A stretch of DNA of 63,436 nt, the filler included, from Octopus bimaculoides (Eukaryota), in NCBI RefSeq assembly GCF_001194135.2. It is 5 parts of 5 records of this genome, joined end to end, with 100 filler letters (N's around TTAATTAATTAA, not from the genome) between each part and the next. Parts side by side here need not be neighbours in the genome. Positions count along the whole stretch, not along the records: positions 42,441 to 57,169 come from NC_068986.1; positions 57,270 to 63,436 come from NW_026410912.1; 3 more parts are not named here. The stretch is one strand, 5' to 3'. Positions 52,740 through 63,436 of this stretch are shown one piece after another. The notes under the pieces are model-generated. The model was not told the DNA's origin, ran no database searches, and worked only from the letters and a program-made list of their open reading frames with translations. How positions within the stretch are numbered: position 1 is the first letter of the stretch; each line of letters starts with the position of its first letter. Made by a program: the position numbers and the translations under genes.

Positions 52740-53680
52740 CATTACTGTGATTTCTGTGTTATGCAGCATTATTTAATGAATGCTTTTCTAGACAACTGAT
52801 CTCCAGTGTGAACCACTTTGGATTTTAAATGAATTCTTTCAATGAGTTTTACTAGCCAAAGTTTTTTCATTGGCATATGCCATTGTCTAAACAAATTCTT
52901 TGTGTATTAGAACACTTTGATTTAAATTTCATCTTCATTGATCCTCTCTTTACTATGAATATTTTTTATGGTTCTTCAATTCAATATTACACTGAAAATA
53001 TTTACCATAAATATCATATTTCTCTCTTGTGTGAGTTAGTGTATGCTTTGTTAAATTACATTTTAAAGAAAATGTTTAGAACAAATATCACAATGGTATG
53101 ATTTCTTTTCTGTATGAACCAAGATGTGTATTTCTAAGGCAATATTAGACAACAATTCTTTACAACAGATTTCACAATGGTATGGATGTTTGTCTTCATG
53201 TGTCAGTTTGTGACTTCTGAAGTTCCAACTTAATGAGAATGCTTCATCACAAATTTCAATGGTATGATTTTATTCCTATATGAACGAGTATGTGTGTCTT
53301 TAAGTGACCAGTCCATGAAAAGGCTTTACTACAAATCTCACATTGGCATGGTTTTTCACTTGTGTGGATCATTTCATGTCTCTTTTAGGTGACCACTCAG
53401 TAAGAAACCTTCTTCACAAATCCCACATTGATATGGCTTTTCATATGTATGTGATAATTTATACTTCAGTAAATTGCATTTCATTAACAATGTCTTACCA
53501 TAAATCTTACATTGGAAATGTTTTCCACCAGTGTGAATCATTTTATGTCTTCTTAAACTACAACTACCAGAGACTACCACACATCTCACAATTGTATGAT
53601 CTTTTACTTTTACAAGCCAGTTCTTCTTTAATATTTTGGTGTATACAGAGGTGCAACATTTTACAATTTTTCTTTGTTAT
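52740..53680 (-). pseudogene. Disrupted tandem C2H2 (Kruppel-type) zinc-finger array
   Basis: HKMIHTGGKHFQC..., HTYEKPYQCGICEEGF, HTSEKPCQCEICSKAFSWTGHLKTHILVH, HPYHCEICCK, HTEKKSYHCDICSKHF; several stops, frameshifts and lost Cys/His. Confidence 0.85.
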
Positions 53681-54699
53681 TTACATTGGCATTACATCCA
53701 ATAGAGTTGACTGTAGGTATGATTGCTTTAAATTCTACAGCTTTTTAAAAATTTCATTTCCCAAGTAAAAAACAGTTCCTGAAATTAAACAAAACCAATG
53801 TTAGAATGGAATTAACAATATGATGTTTAGAAACATAATCAGAGATATTATTTTCAAACGTTCAATAATAATATAATTGCATTTCAGTAAGTTAAATTTT
53901 AAAAAGTCATCTGAATGCAACAGAGAGTCATAATCTTTCATATTAATTTACTTAAGAACTAGTTTCAGCAGAAGTGAAAGTACAATGGTAATAATATCTG
54001 TGTTCAACTGATAGAGATCAAGTGGATGAGAGCTATAACAAAGGCTCTGTTGTTAATATGATACAGTCAAAGAGATTTTTACATTGCACAAAAATCATCT
54101 TCATTTCTGATATATACTCACTATAAAAAGATATTTGCAACAGTTAACTAACTTCCTTCAGTTGGAACTCAAAACCATACCATTCAGTATAATAGCATAA
54201 TTTTCATTTATAAAAGCAATTTTACTATTATTTCTAGGATGTGAGATAGAATGGATTATCATTATTAATTTTTTTTTAAACTTTGCAGTTGTGCTTCAGA
54301 AATTTAGTGTCAGTTACATGCATTCAAGTTTTGCAATAATACAGAGCTACCATAACCCCCTTACATAATATATTCTTAGCTCCCTAAATTGGTGAATTTT
54401 TTTACATAACCAACAATGTGCTCAATATCACAGAATTTTTGTAAAATGCCAAAGATAATAAAATATACTGCCTGTCCTACAATATATATTATGAAAATAA
54501 CAGAATAATAATTATTTTATCCAGTATAACTAAAATAAGGTGACAAGAACGTAAACAAAAATGGTAAACAAATAAAAAAAAAACATGTAAAGATGAAAGT
54601 TTTTGAAAAACTGAAAGCTTCTTTGTAAGGTGGACTTTTTTTTCTCTTGCATGATACAAGGGTGTGAACTGCAATACTGGGTGATAGCGAGACATAGGT

Positions 54700-54990
54700 T
54701 GCTAATACCAGAAAAAAATGAAATAAGAATGCCCTACTGGATGTATAATGTTAGTGAGCTAAAAGATAAACTGGATACAAGAGGAATCAGATGGAGTGTG
54801 CAAGAAATAAAGCTGCACTGGTATGGGCATGTGATGTACATGAAGGACGACAGCTAAATAAAAAGTGCAAAACAATCAAAGTAGATGGAAACTGTGGAAG
54901 GCGGAAACCTAGGAATACATGGGACAAAGTGGTGTAAACTGGCTTCAGGGTGCTGAACCTAACACACAAGATAAAAAAATGACTACAATG
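54700..54990 (+). mobile_element. RTE LINE ORF2 C-terminal remnant
   Basis: IRWSVQEIKLHWYGHVMYM...GRRKPRNTWDKVV. Confidence 0.7.
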
Positions 54991-55498
54991 ATTTATGACA
55001 CATAGCAAAATGAATGTTGAACTGGTAGTAGTACTGGAAGCTAGGATACATAAGATATCTACTGTTTGTATCCGATTCACCCCATCATTATCTTTCTGTG
55101 CTGTCAGTTATCAACTCCTCTTCTCAAAGCTATTTATTTTTCTCAGCCATCATTCTCTTATCATCACTCATTTCTACTCACTTGACCTCTCTCTCACCAG
55201 CAAATGTAGTCACCATTACAGTCTCTCTTTCATTACTTCCTACCATTGCTGTCTCTTTTTTCTATTACTCCCTCTTTTACCATCCTCTCACCTCAAAAAA
55301 ACCATTTCTCCTATCATATTCTTACCCCAATTACTGTTTCTCTCAAATTCATCTTCTGTAATTGTTCTTTCTTCTTACCCTCTTATGTTGCCTTGAGCGA
55401 ACAGAAGTAAATCTATGTTAAAGAGTTTTTGGTCTTGTAGAGTACAAAGTAATCTCATAAGTGCACTGGCCAAGTCTCAATGACTTCTTTAGCATTTA

Positions 55499-56040
55499 TA
55501 CAAGGTGTTCGAGCTAAATTTGACAGTTTGCATTAAAAAAAGAAAGGAAACAAAATAACCCATTCAAAAATAAAAATATTAAAAAAAATCAAACTCATTA
55601 CGGCTGAGAGATAATAATTTACGCAAAGTAGCTGCCATCAGCGTCCACCACAACCTCAATATACCTTGGAACTGGAACATGCATACTTCATTGTGTCCCT
55701 AGGAAGATCTTCAAACCCTTTCTTGATTTTAGCCACTGATTTGGTCTCGGTGGTGCAGGCAGAGTGTATGCTGTCTTTTTCAACCACGCTTCATACATAG
55801 TATCCATGGGATTACAATCAGGGGAGTTAGGGGCCAGAAATTGAGGCTGGTGAAGTTACAGAAATTCTCTGACAATCACTTCTGACTATTTCTGGAGGTA
55901 TGGCAAAGAATAGAATCCTGCTGCCACACATATGGCTTTCCAGTCAAGACTTGACCACAGTCTCCAGCAGCTTAACAAAGCCATCTGAATTGAGCTTAAG
56001 GCCTGATCACAGATGGATGGCAGACATCTGAAGTGGTGAC
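55499..56040 (-). mobile_element. DD37D (maT-type) Tc1/mariner transposase C-terminal relic with TIR-like end
   Basis: GKPYVWQQD...WP(P)NSPDCNPMD with 37 residues between the last two D after correcting a 1-nt deletion; end sequence tacaaggtgttcg. Confidence 0.75.
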
Positions 56041-56344
56041 TTAAATTTGAAAGAATGTTTTTTTATGGATGGTTTGTGTTAATTACACATACTCATTTAC
56101 TACATTATATATATATATCATCATCAGTTAACATTCGTTTAAATGATGATGATGATTATGATTATATATATATATATATTTTTTTAAGTTTCAGCTTAGA
56201 GCTGCGGCCATGCTGAGGTTTCAAAGAGAAAACACATGGTATAATTAAGGGAAAAGTAAAAAGAAAAATGCACATTGGATATAAAAAATACAGGCTTTTT
56301 ATGAAAAGTAAGGATATATATATATATATATATCATCATCATCA

Positions 56345-56640
56345 TCATTTAACGTCCGCTTTACATGCTAGTATGGGTTGGACGATTTGACTGAGGATTG
56401 GTGAACCAGATGGCTGCAACAGGCTCCAATCTGATTTGGCAGAGTTTCTACAGCTGGATGCCCTTCCTAACGCCAACCACTCTGAGAGTGTAGTGGGTAC
56501 TTTTACGTACCACCGGCACGAAGGCCAGTCAGGCAGTACTGGCAATGGCCACGCTCAAAATGGTGTATTTTACATGTCACCTGCACAGGAGTCAGTCCAG
56601 CGGCACTGGCAACAATCTCGCTCGAATGTCTTTACATGTT
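56345..56640 (-). mobile_element. RTE LINE 3' UTR with (GAT)n tail
   Basis: Collinear with the UTR pieces at 9314-9460 and 61514-61700. Confidence 0.85.
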
Positions 56641-56821
56641 CCAGGAAGGCGATGCTGAGCACAGGTGCCATCACGATTTCGCTTTCACTTGCCCCAACAG
56701 GTCTTCACAGAGATTCAAAGTTTATCTTTTATATCCAATGTGCATTTTCTCTTTTTACTTTTCCCCTACATACATATACATATACACACACACACACATA
56801 TATATACATACNNNNNNNNNN

Positions 56822-56861
<40 letters not shown>

Positions 56862-57481
56862 TATATACCTATGTATATGTACATACATATATATATATGC
56901 ATATGTGGGCACAGGACGTCACGAAACATGTACAACAAAAAAATACGAAGCATAAGTACATACATACATATATATATATATATGTATAATACAAAGAATA
57001 TATATACATGTATACACACATATATGTACATACTTACATCTACATGTGTATATACATGCATATCAGGGTACAGGACGTTAGAACAATAAACTACAGACAA
57101 CGGAACGAACACATAGGAAAACGGAAATACATACATATATGTATATATATATATATATATATTAATACANNNNNNNNNNNNNNNNNNNNNNNNNNNNNNN
57201 NNNNNNNNNNNNNTTAATTAATTAANNNNNNNNNNNNNNNNNNNNNNNNNNNNNNNNNNNNNNNNNNNNCTTGTCTCTAAGTCTCTGTCCATTTGCAGGG
57301 TCTTTAAGCTTCCATACCCATCTCCTCCAAGCCAATCAGGGTTATAAACCTCATTAAGGGATAATAAAATCCAATGAAAATACTAGAAAGGTCAACTATA
57401 AGGCAACAATATAAACCGTAGTTCATATATTCATATATTTAAAGAATAAGGAGAAAATAGAGAGGTAATTAAAAAAATATG

Positions 57482-57563
57482 TCTGACAACTGTTTCGATT
57501 CAGTAATCTTTAGATTATTAATTTATAAAATGAAAATCATTATAAGATGAATCTCTTCAGAGG
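57482..57563 (-). ncRNA. Hammerhead-like motif: intact core, long loop II, weak stem I
   Basis: CTGAAGA-GATTC..(AT-rich)..GAATC-GAAAC agtt GT-C. Confidence 0.4.
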
Positions 57564-58957
57564 TAGTAAAGATATGCCGATTAGAAATACATGTTGAGAT
57601 AATGGCTGCAAACCATTAACTATTAGCATATATACAAAAAGAGCCGGTTATAGAAGGCATTAATCCAATATAGCGGGAGAAGGTAGTACTTATGTATAAT
57701 ACTGCAATACAAAAAAGTTTAAAGTTATAAAATTTAAATCAAGTAGAAGCAAATCATGGCAATTATATATTAACTGAAGTTATCAGAAAAGGATAAATAA
57801 TTTCTAAATATAATAATAATAACTTATTGCTTTGATTTATAATAATAATGAAATAAAATTTAATGTAAATAAATAAATAAATAGAAAGTCTAGAATAAGA
57901 TGGAAAGAGAAAATATCAGAATATATAATATATCCTTACACTCCTTAAGAAAATTTATTTCAAGCCTTTATGGTAAAAAACAATAATAATAAACCATTGG
58001 ATAGGAAAGAATTTTAAAATTTCAGACATACAGCGTTCCCTTACAGAGAAACTGGAAGTAAATATGCTATGAGACATGTATAAGGGTATAAAAGATTGTT
58101 TAAGAAAATAAACATTATCTAAGAGGAAATACTTATATATAAATTGAAAATAAAATGACATTGAAATATGTAAAATGCCTTCATGTATAGCAGGGATGTA
58201 GGGAAAATATATATATAAAGACAGCAAAACCGGAACAACTTTAAAAAGGGGGCATATCTGAAAATGTAATCGGAGGTAATGATAATATATTTGTGTATTT
58301 AAGCAGTGAATTAGGAATCAGCTCAGTATGTTATTAATGTGGCACAGTGTAGTACTAAATTAAATATAATATAAAATAAATAGATAAAAAACAATCAAGG
58401 ATAAATACAGAAGTTAATGATAAATAAGGATTAAGAGAAAGATGTACCTACATGTGTATGAGGAGTCTAACACTTATAATTAGTGGGGGGAAAGAAATAG
58501 GTATAAACATAACTATGTAGTTCGTATATAAGTAAATATATTATATACGAAATAATAAAACTAATTGAGAAATAAGCATAATTATACACCAGAAATAACA
58601 CAATGAAGCCAATTCATAAAATCCGTCATTCTTTTTTATATATATATAAGCATGAATTATAGAACACTGTGCAAAACAGTTGGTGGGTGGGGTAATATGA
58701 GATTTACCAAAAGTTCTAAATTACCATAAGCTAACTGGAGTATATTATAAGACTTAACATGCATTTAATTAGGTAGATCAACTGACATGCAAAATGTAAT
58801 TTTATACAAAGATTATAAATAGATGAAAGAATAAATTACATAGATAAAATAAAATAAAAGAGTTAACCTTAAACCTAATAAAGAAGAAATATGCTATTGA
58901 AAGTGTGTACTGATAATACATTACAGGGATAAATGCATGGTATAATATGATATAATA

Positions 58958-59430
58958 TAAGAAAAAATTTTGTTAAATAAAAATATTATTAAGATTAAGA
59001 TAGATAAACAGGTTTAAACCAGAGTATTTTACATTTGTGGAATTAAGCACATATATCTGATAAATTAATAATATATGCAGAATTAAGAACATATTTCAGG
59101 TAAATAAATATGTTAAGTAATATTAATAAGAAAGAGAGAAGGATGACCCATAAATCCATACATATGAATTAAATACACACACACACATATATATTTAATT
59201 TATATTTATGGATTTATGGGTCACTCTTCTCTTTCTTATTCATATTACTTAACATTTATTTACCTGAAATATGTTCTTAATTCCGCAACAATTTATCAGA
59301 TATGTGTTCTTAATTCCACATATATTATGTAAAATACTCTTTGGTTTAAACCTGTTTATTTTTTTATTATTTATCTCTTATCTTAATTTGTATTGATAAT
59401 AATATTTTTATTTAACAAATTTTTTTCTTA
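58958..59430. repeat. Long imperfect AT-rich inverted repeat (~220-240 bp arms, ~16-nt loop)
   Basis: aattaagaacatatttcaggtaaataaat...cataaatccata is mirrored as tatggatttatg...atttatttacctgaaatatgttcttaatt. Confidence 0.9.
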
Positions 59431-60982
59431 TCATTCAACTACAGTAGTAGTTGAATAATATTCTTAATGGAGCTTTTTTTTGTCGCAGCTGGTGTCATCC
59501 AAGCAGTCTCACTAATTCAGTTTTAATCGAAATCAAATTTAGTTTGTTGAATTATGTTTGACTAGTGATAAGCTACATTTAGACATAAAATGCTTAAAAT
59601 TAACTCCATGTTTGAAAATTTAAAATTAGTGAAATTTGAATTTTTGTCATTTGCCTTTTCTGAACAGCCCTACTACATGATTCAGTACTGCTCATAGAGA
59701 CAAAATAAAAAATATTTTAAAAATTTTATTAAATAATCTTGTTATTAAAATAATTTATTCAAAAATGGACTTTAAAAAACCATACTACAAAAAATTGAGC
59801 AAAGAAATTTCATCTTTTANNNNNNNNNNNNNNNNNNNNNNNNNNNNNNNNNNNNNNNNNNNNNNNNNNNNNNNNNNNNNNNNNNNNNNNNNNNNNNNNN
59901 NNNNNNNNNNNNNNNNNNNNNNNNNNNNNNNNNNNNNNNNNNNNNNNNNNNNNNNNNNNNNNNNNNNNNNNNNNNNNNNNNNNNNNNNNNNNNNNNNNNN
60001 NNNNNNNNNNNNNNNNNNNNNNNNNNNNNNNNNNNNNNNNNNNNNNNNNNNNNNNNNNNNNNNNNNNNNNNNNNNNNNNNNNNNNNNNNNNNNNNNNNNN
60101 NNNNNNNNNNNNNNNNNNNNNNNNNNNNNNNNNNNNNNNNNNNNNNNNNNNNNNNNNNNNNNNNNNNNNNNNNNNNNNNNNNNNNNNNNNNNNNNNNNNN
60201 NNNNNNNNNNNNNNNNNNNNNNNNNNNNNNNNNNNNNNNNNNNNNNNNNNNNNNNNNNNNNNNNNNNNNNNNNNNNNNNNNNNNNNNNNNNNNNNNNNNN
60301 NNNNNNNNNNNNNNNNNNNNNNNNNNNNNNNNNNNTCCCCACTCAGGGATGTTTCGGAAGTATAAAAAGTGCAAAAAGTATAAACAGAAAATTATTATTA
60401 CAGAGGAGTTTATACTTCTTGCACTGAGGAGAACAGTGATATATAATTAATTTAATTTAATCAAATTAATTTAATTCTACCATGAATTTGCATGTTTTAA
60501 CATCCTGTTTGAAATGATCGTATTAAAATTCTTTGAAATTTTAACATTTTCTCTTCTCCATTTTTAACAAATTTGTTGAGTTCTATGGGATACCTTTCCA
60601 TAAATTCACATAACACACCATATACAAGTATTATTTTCATATTCCCAAACTTACACCAGTAAGCTACCAGCAAAATATGAAGAATCTTTATTAGAAAACG
60701 TTTTTTGGAACTCGCCAAACTAAAAGCACTAAATATAATTCAACGTTTTCACACATATATTACTATATATATAAATATATATGTATGTATGTATGTATAT
60801 ATGTGTGTGTATACATGTATATATATGTATATATATATGTATATATATATGTATATATATATATATGTATATGTATATATGTATATATATATATTAATAA
60901 CCACAACTAAAAACATTTAATTTGGAATTGTTTCAGTTGTACAAATAATTATATTTCTTGTTAAAAAATTAGAAAGCCATAC

Positions 60983-61505
60983 AGGTATGGCTGTGTGGTT
61001 AAGAAGTTTGCTTCACAATCACTTTGTTTTGGGTTCAGTCCTCCTGTGCAGCACCTTGAGCTTCTACTATGGTTCCAGGACCCCTGGCCAACCAGTGTCT
61101 TTTCAGTGAATTTGGTAGACAGAAGCTTTGTAGAAGCCTTAAGGTGGCGAGATGGCAGAAATGTTACCAGGCCGGGCGAAATGCCTAGCAGTATTTCATC
61201 TGCCGCTATGTTCTGAGTTCAAATTCCACCGAGGTTGACTTTGCCTTTCATCCTTTCGGGGTTGATTAAATAAATACCAGTTACGCACTGGGGTCAATAT
61301 AATCGACTTAATCCGTTTGTTTGTCCCCTCTATGTTTAGCCCCTTGTGGGCAATAAAGAAATAAGAAACTTTGTGGAAGCCTGTTATAAATGTGAGTGTG
61401 GCCCCCATCTCTATCACGTAACAACTACTAATGGTTTGTTTACATCTCCATAACTTAGTAGCTCAGCAAAAGAGACCAATAGAATAAGTACCAGACTTAA
61501 AAAAT
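60983..61505 (+). mobile_element. Old SINE family B copy split by a family A insertion (61143-61366) with target-site duplication
   Basis: TSD ctttgtagaagcct (61126-61139) / ctttgtggaagcct (61369-61382). Confidence 0.8.
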
Positions 61506-61513
61506 ATGTACAG

Positions 61514-61700
61514 GTGACACGTAAAAGCACCCACTACACTCTCGGAATGGTTGGCGTTAGGAAGGGCATCCAGCTGTAGAAACTCTGCCAAATTAGATTG
61601 GAGCCTGGTGTTGCCATCCGGTTTCACCAGTCCTCAGTCAAATCGTCCAACCCATGCCAGCATGGAAAGCGGACGTTGAACGATGATGATGATGATGATA
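61514..61700 (+). mobile_element. RTE LINE 3' terminus with (GAT)n tail
   Basis: ggttggcgttaggaagggcatccagctgtagaaac...gcggacgttgaacgatgatgat. Confidence 0.85.
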
Positions 61701-62281
61701 TATNNNNNNNNNNNNNNNNNNNNNNNNNNNNNNNNNNNNNNNNNNNNNNNNNNNNNNNNNNNNNNNNNNNNNNNNNNNNNNNNNNNNNNNNNNNNNNNNN
61801 NNNNNNNNNNNNNNNNNNNNNNNNNNNNNNNNNNNNNNNNNNNNNNNNNNNNNNNNNNNNNNNNNNNNNNNNNNNNNNNNNNNNNNNNNNNNNNNNNNNN
61901 NNNNNNNNNNNNNNNNNNNNNNNNNNNNNNNNNNNNNNNNNNNNNNNNNNNNNNNNNNNNNNNNNNNNNNNNNNNNNNNNNNNNNNNNNNNNNNNNNNNN
62001 NNNNNNNNNNNNNNNNNNNNNNNNNNNNNNNNNNNNNNNNNNNNNNNNNNNNNNNNNNNNNNNNNNNNNNNNNNNNNNNNNNNNNNNNNNNNNNNNNNNN
62101 NNNNNNNNNNNNNNNNNNNNNNNNNNNNNNNNNNNNNNNNNNNNNNNNNNNNNNNNNNNNNNNNNNNNNNNNNNNNNNNNNNNNNNNNNNNNNNNNNNNN
62201 NNNNNNNNNNNNNNNNNNNNNNNNNNNNNNNNNNNNNNNNNNNNNNNNNNNNNNNNNNNNNNNNNNNNNNNNNNNNNNNNN

Positions 62282-62816
62282 ATAAGGGATGTCCACCTAG
62301 TGGTCATCCCTTATACACGTGTAATACAATTTTTTATGAATTTTCAGATTTTTTTATATGCTAGGCCACTTGGTATTAAATTGAATTAATATTCAATTTA
62401 TCACCCTATCTATATAAATAATAATTTAAATAGTTATGTTCTCCAACCGGCAACATATACTACTATTGTTTCCAGAATTTTGCGCACCGGAGCTGAGGCA
62501 TTTTGAAAAATAGCCCTAGTGTAATCGGTAGAACTGTATGCAAGTCTTATTTCATGAAGACAATTCATGTATAGTTCTGCAAATTATATTGATTCTAGAA
62601 CGGCTGTGCTGACGAGAACACATGTTGTTACGTAAGTAAAATGTTAATGTTCGAAACTGCAGTACACAGCTAATTCTTTATTCTGTATATTTCTCATTTT
62701 GTCCTGTTTTGGTATTTTGCGAAATTTTTCTGGAGAACATTATTTTTCTTTGTAGTTGGGCCGTTGATGACCTCTTTCTAGCATATTGGATGTCCACCTA
62801 GTGATCATCCCTTATA
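62282..62816. mobile_element. ~535-bp non-coding element with palindromic terminal repeats, carrying a hammerhead ribozyme
   Basis: Starts ataagggatgtccacctagtggtcatcccttata and ends ggatgtccacctagtgatcatcccttata; the left edge abuts a gap. Confidence 0.6.
62602..62671 (+). ncRNA. Consensus-perfect minimal type I hammerhead ribozyme
   Basis: gctgtg-CTGACGA-GAACA..TGTTC-GAA-ACTGCAGT-A-cacagc: all core nucleotides present, stems I and II fully paired, palindromic stem III, GUA cleavage triplet. Confidence 0.8.
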
Positions 62817-63436
62817 CATGTATATATATATATTTTCTTAGGGTTTGGTGACAAACTACTATAGGAGGGGGTTCTCTACTAGCAGACCGATTTATAATGG
62901 AACAGGGGAAGTCTTATCATAAAGCACCTAGGTCAAACGTATATATAAAATAAAATTGCTATATTGTATACAGATACAGTAAATGGTTATTCATAGTTTT
63001 CATTAATCAGAATAATATATCTGTATTGTTTTACATATGCTAAGTTTGAAATACTTGAGATACTAATATTTGCTTAATTAATATGTGAATAAATAAAGGC
63101 TAATTATAAATTAATAATGAAATAAAATGAAATAGTGTATAATAATGTAAATAATTAATTAAGGCAGTATACAAAAACAATGAAGTGGCATTAATTTAAA
63201 ATGCTATGGTAAAGTACATTTAGACTTATTTACACCTATATAAAGGACCTATAGATAAGATGTGAAATTAAAATTTATATATATATATATTGAACTAAAA
63301 ATTTAAAAATTAAACTTGTATATCTAATATCATTAAAAGGACACATAAATAAATTTATTATACAGTTAATATAAAGAACTGATATGTTGGATTTACATGG
63401 TATATAATGATGGACTCATCAAGGTTTAAGAAACTG

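Overview
AT-rich, microsatellite-dense, gap-ridden eukaryotic (animal) genomic DNA. The repeat content, 5S type and C2H2 array suggest an octopus or other cephalopod; this is an inference. Host genes: (1) the last two coding exons of an Otx (K50 PRD-class homeobox) gene on + (1942-2096 and 10779-11309), with the first coding exon not visible; (2) the 3' part of an intronless GT31 beta-1,3-galactosyltransferase-like ORF (42441-43127) with a non-canonical DxD region; (3) a disrupted tandem C2H2 zinc-finger array on - (~52740-53680). The rest is decayed mobile DNA: RTE, R4/Dong-like and Tx1-like LINEs, Penelope-like RT and termini, tRNA-derived SINEs, mariner and DD37D transposase relics, and a Helentron-associated element. 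The most striking signal missed by the ORF track is a set of about a dozen minimal type I hammerhead-ribozyme motifs from several unrelated repeat families. One matches the consensus perfectly (62602-62671) inside a ~535-bp element with palindromic terminal repeats. One is near-perfect (30370-30432), two are in tandem (40799/41075), and there are core variants (U6, C4, U3:A8), one of which is sense within the Otx intron. Also notable are a 5S rRNA-SINE-tail chimera, an RTE insertion with a twin-priming-like inversion, and several long foldback structures. All ribozyme calls were folded by eye and are untested.
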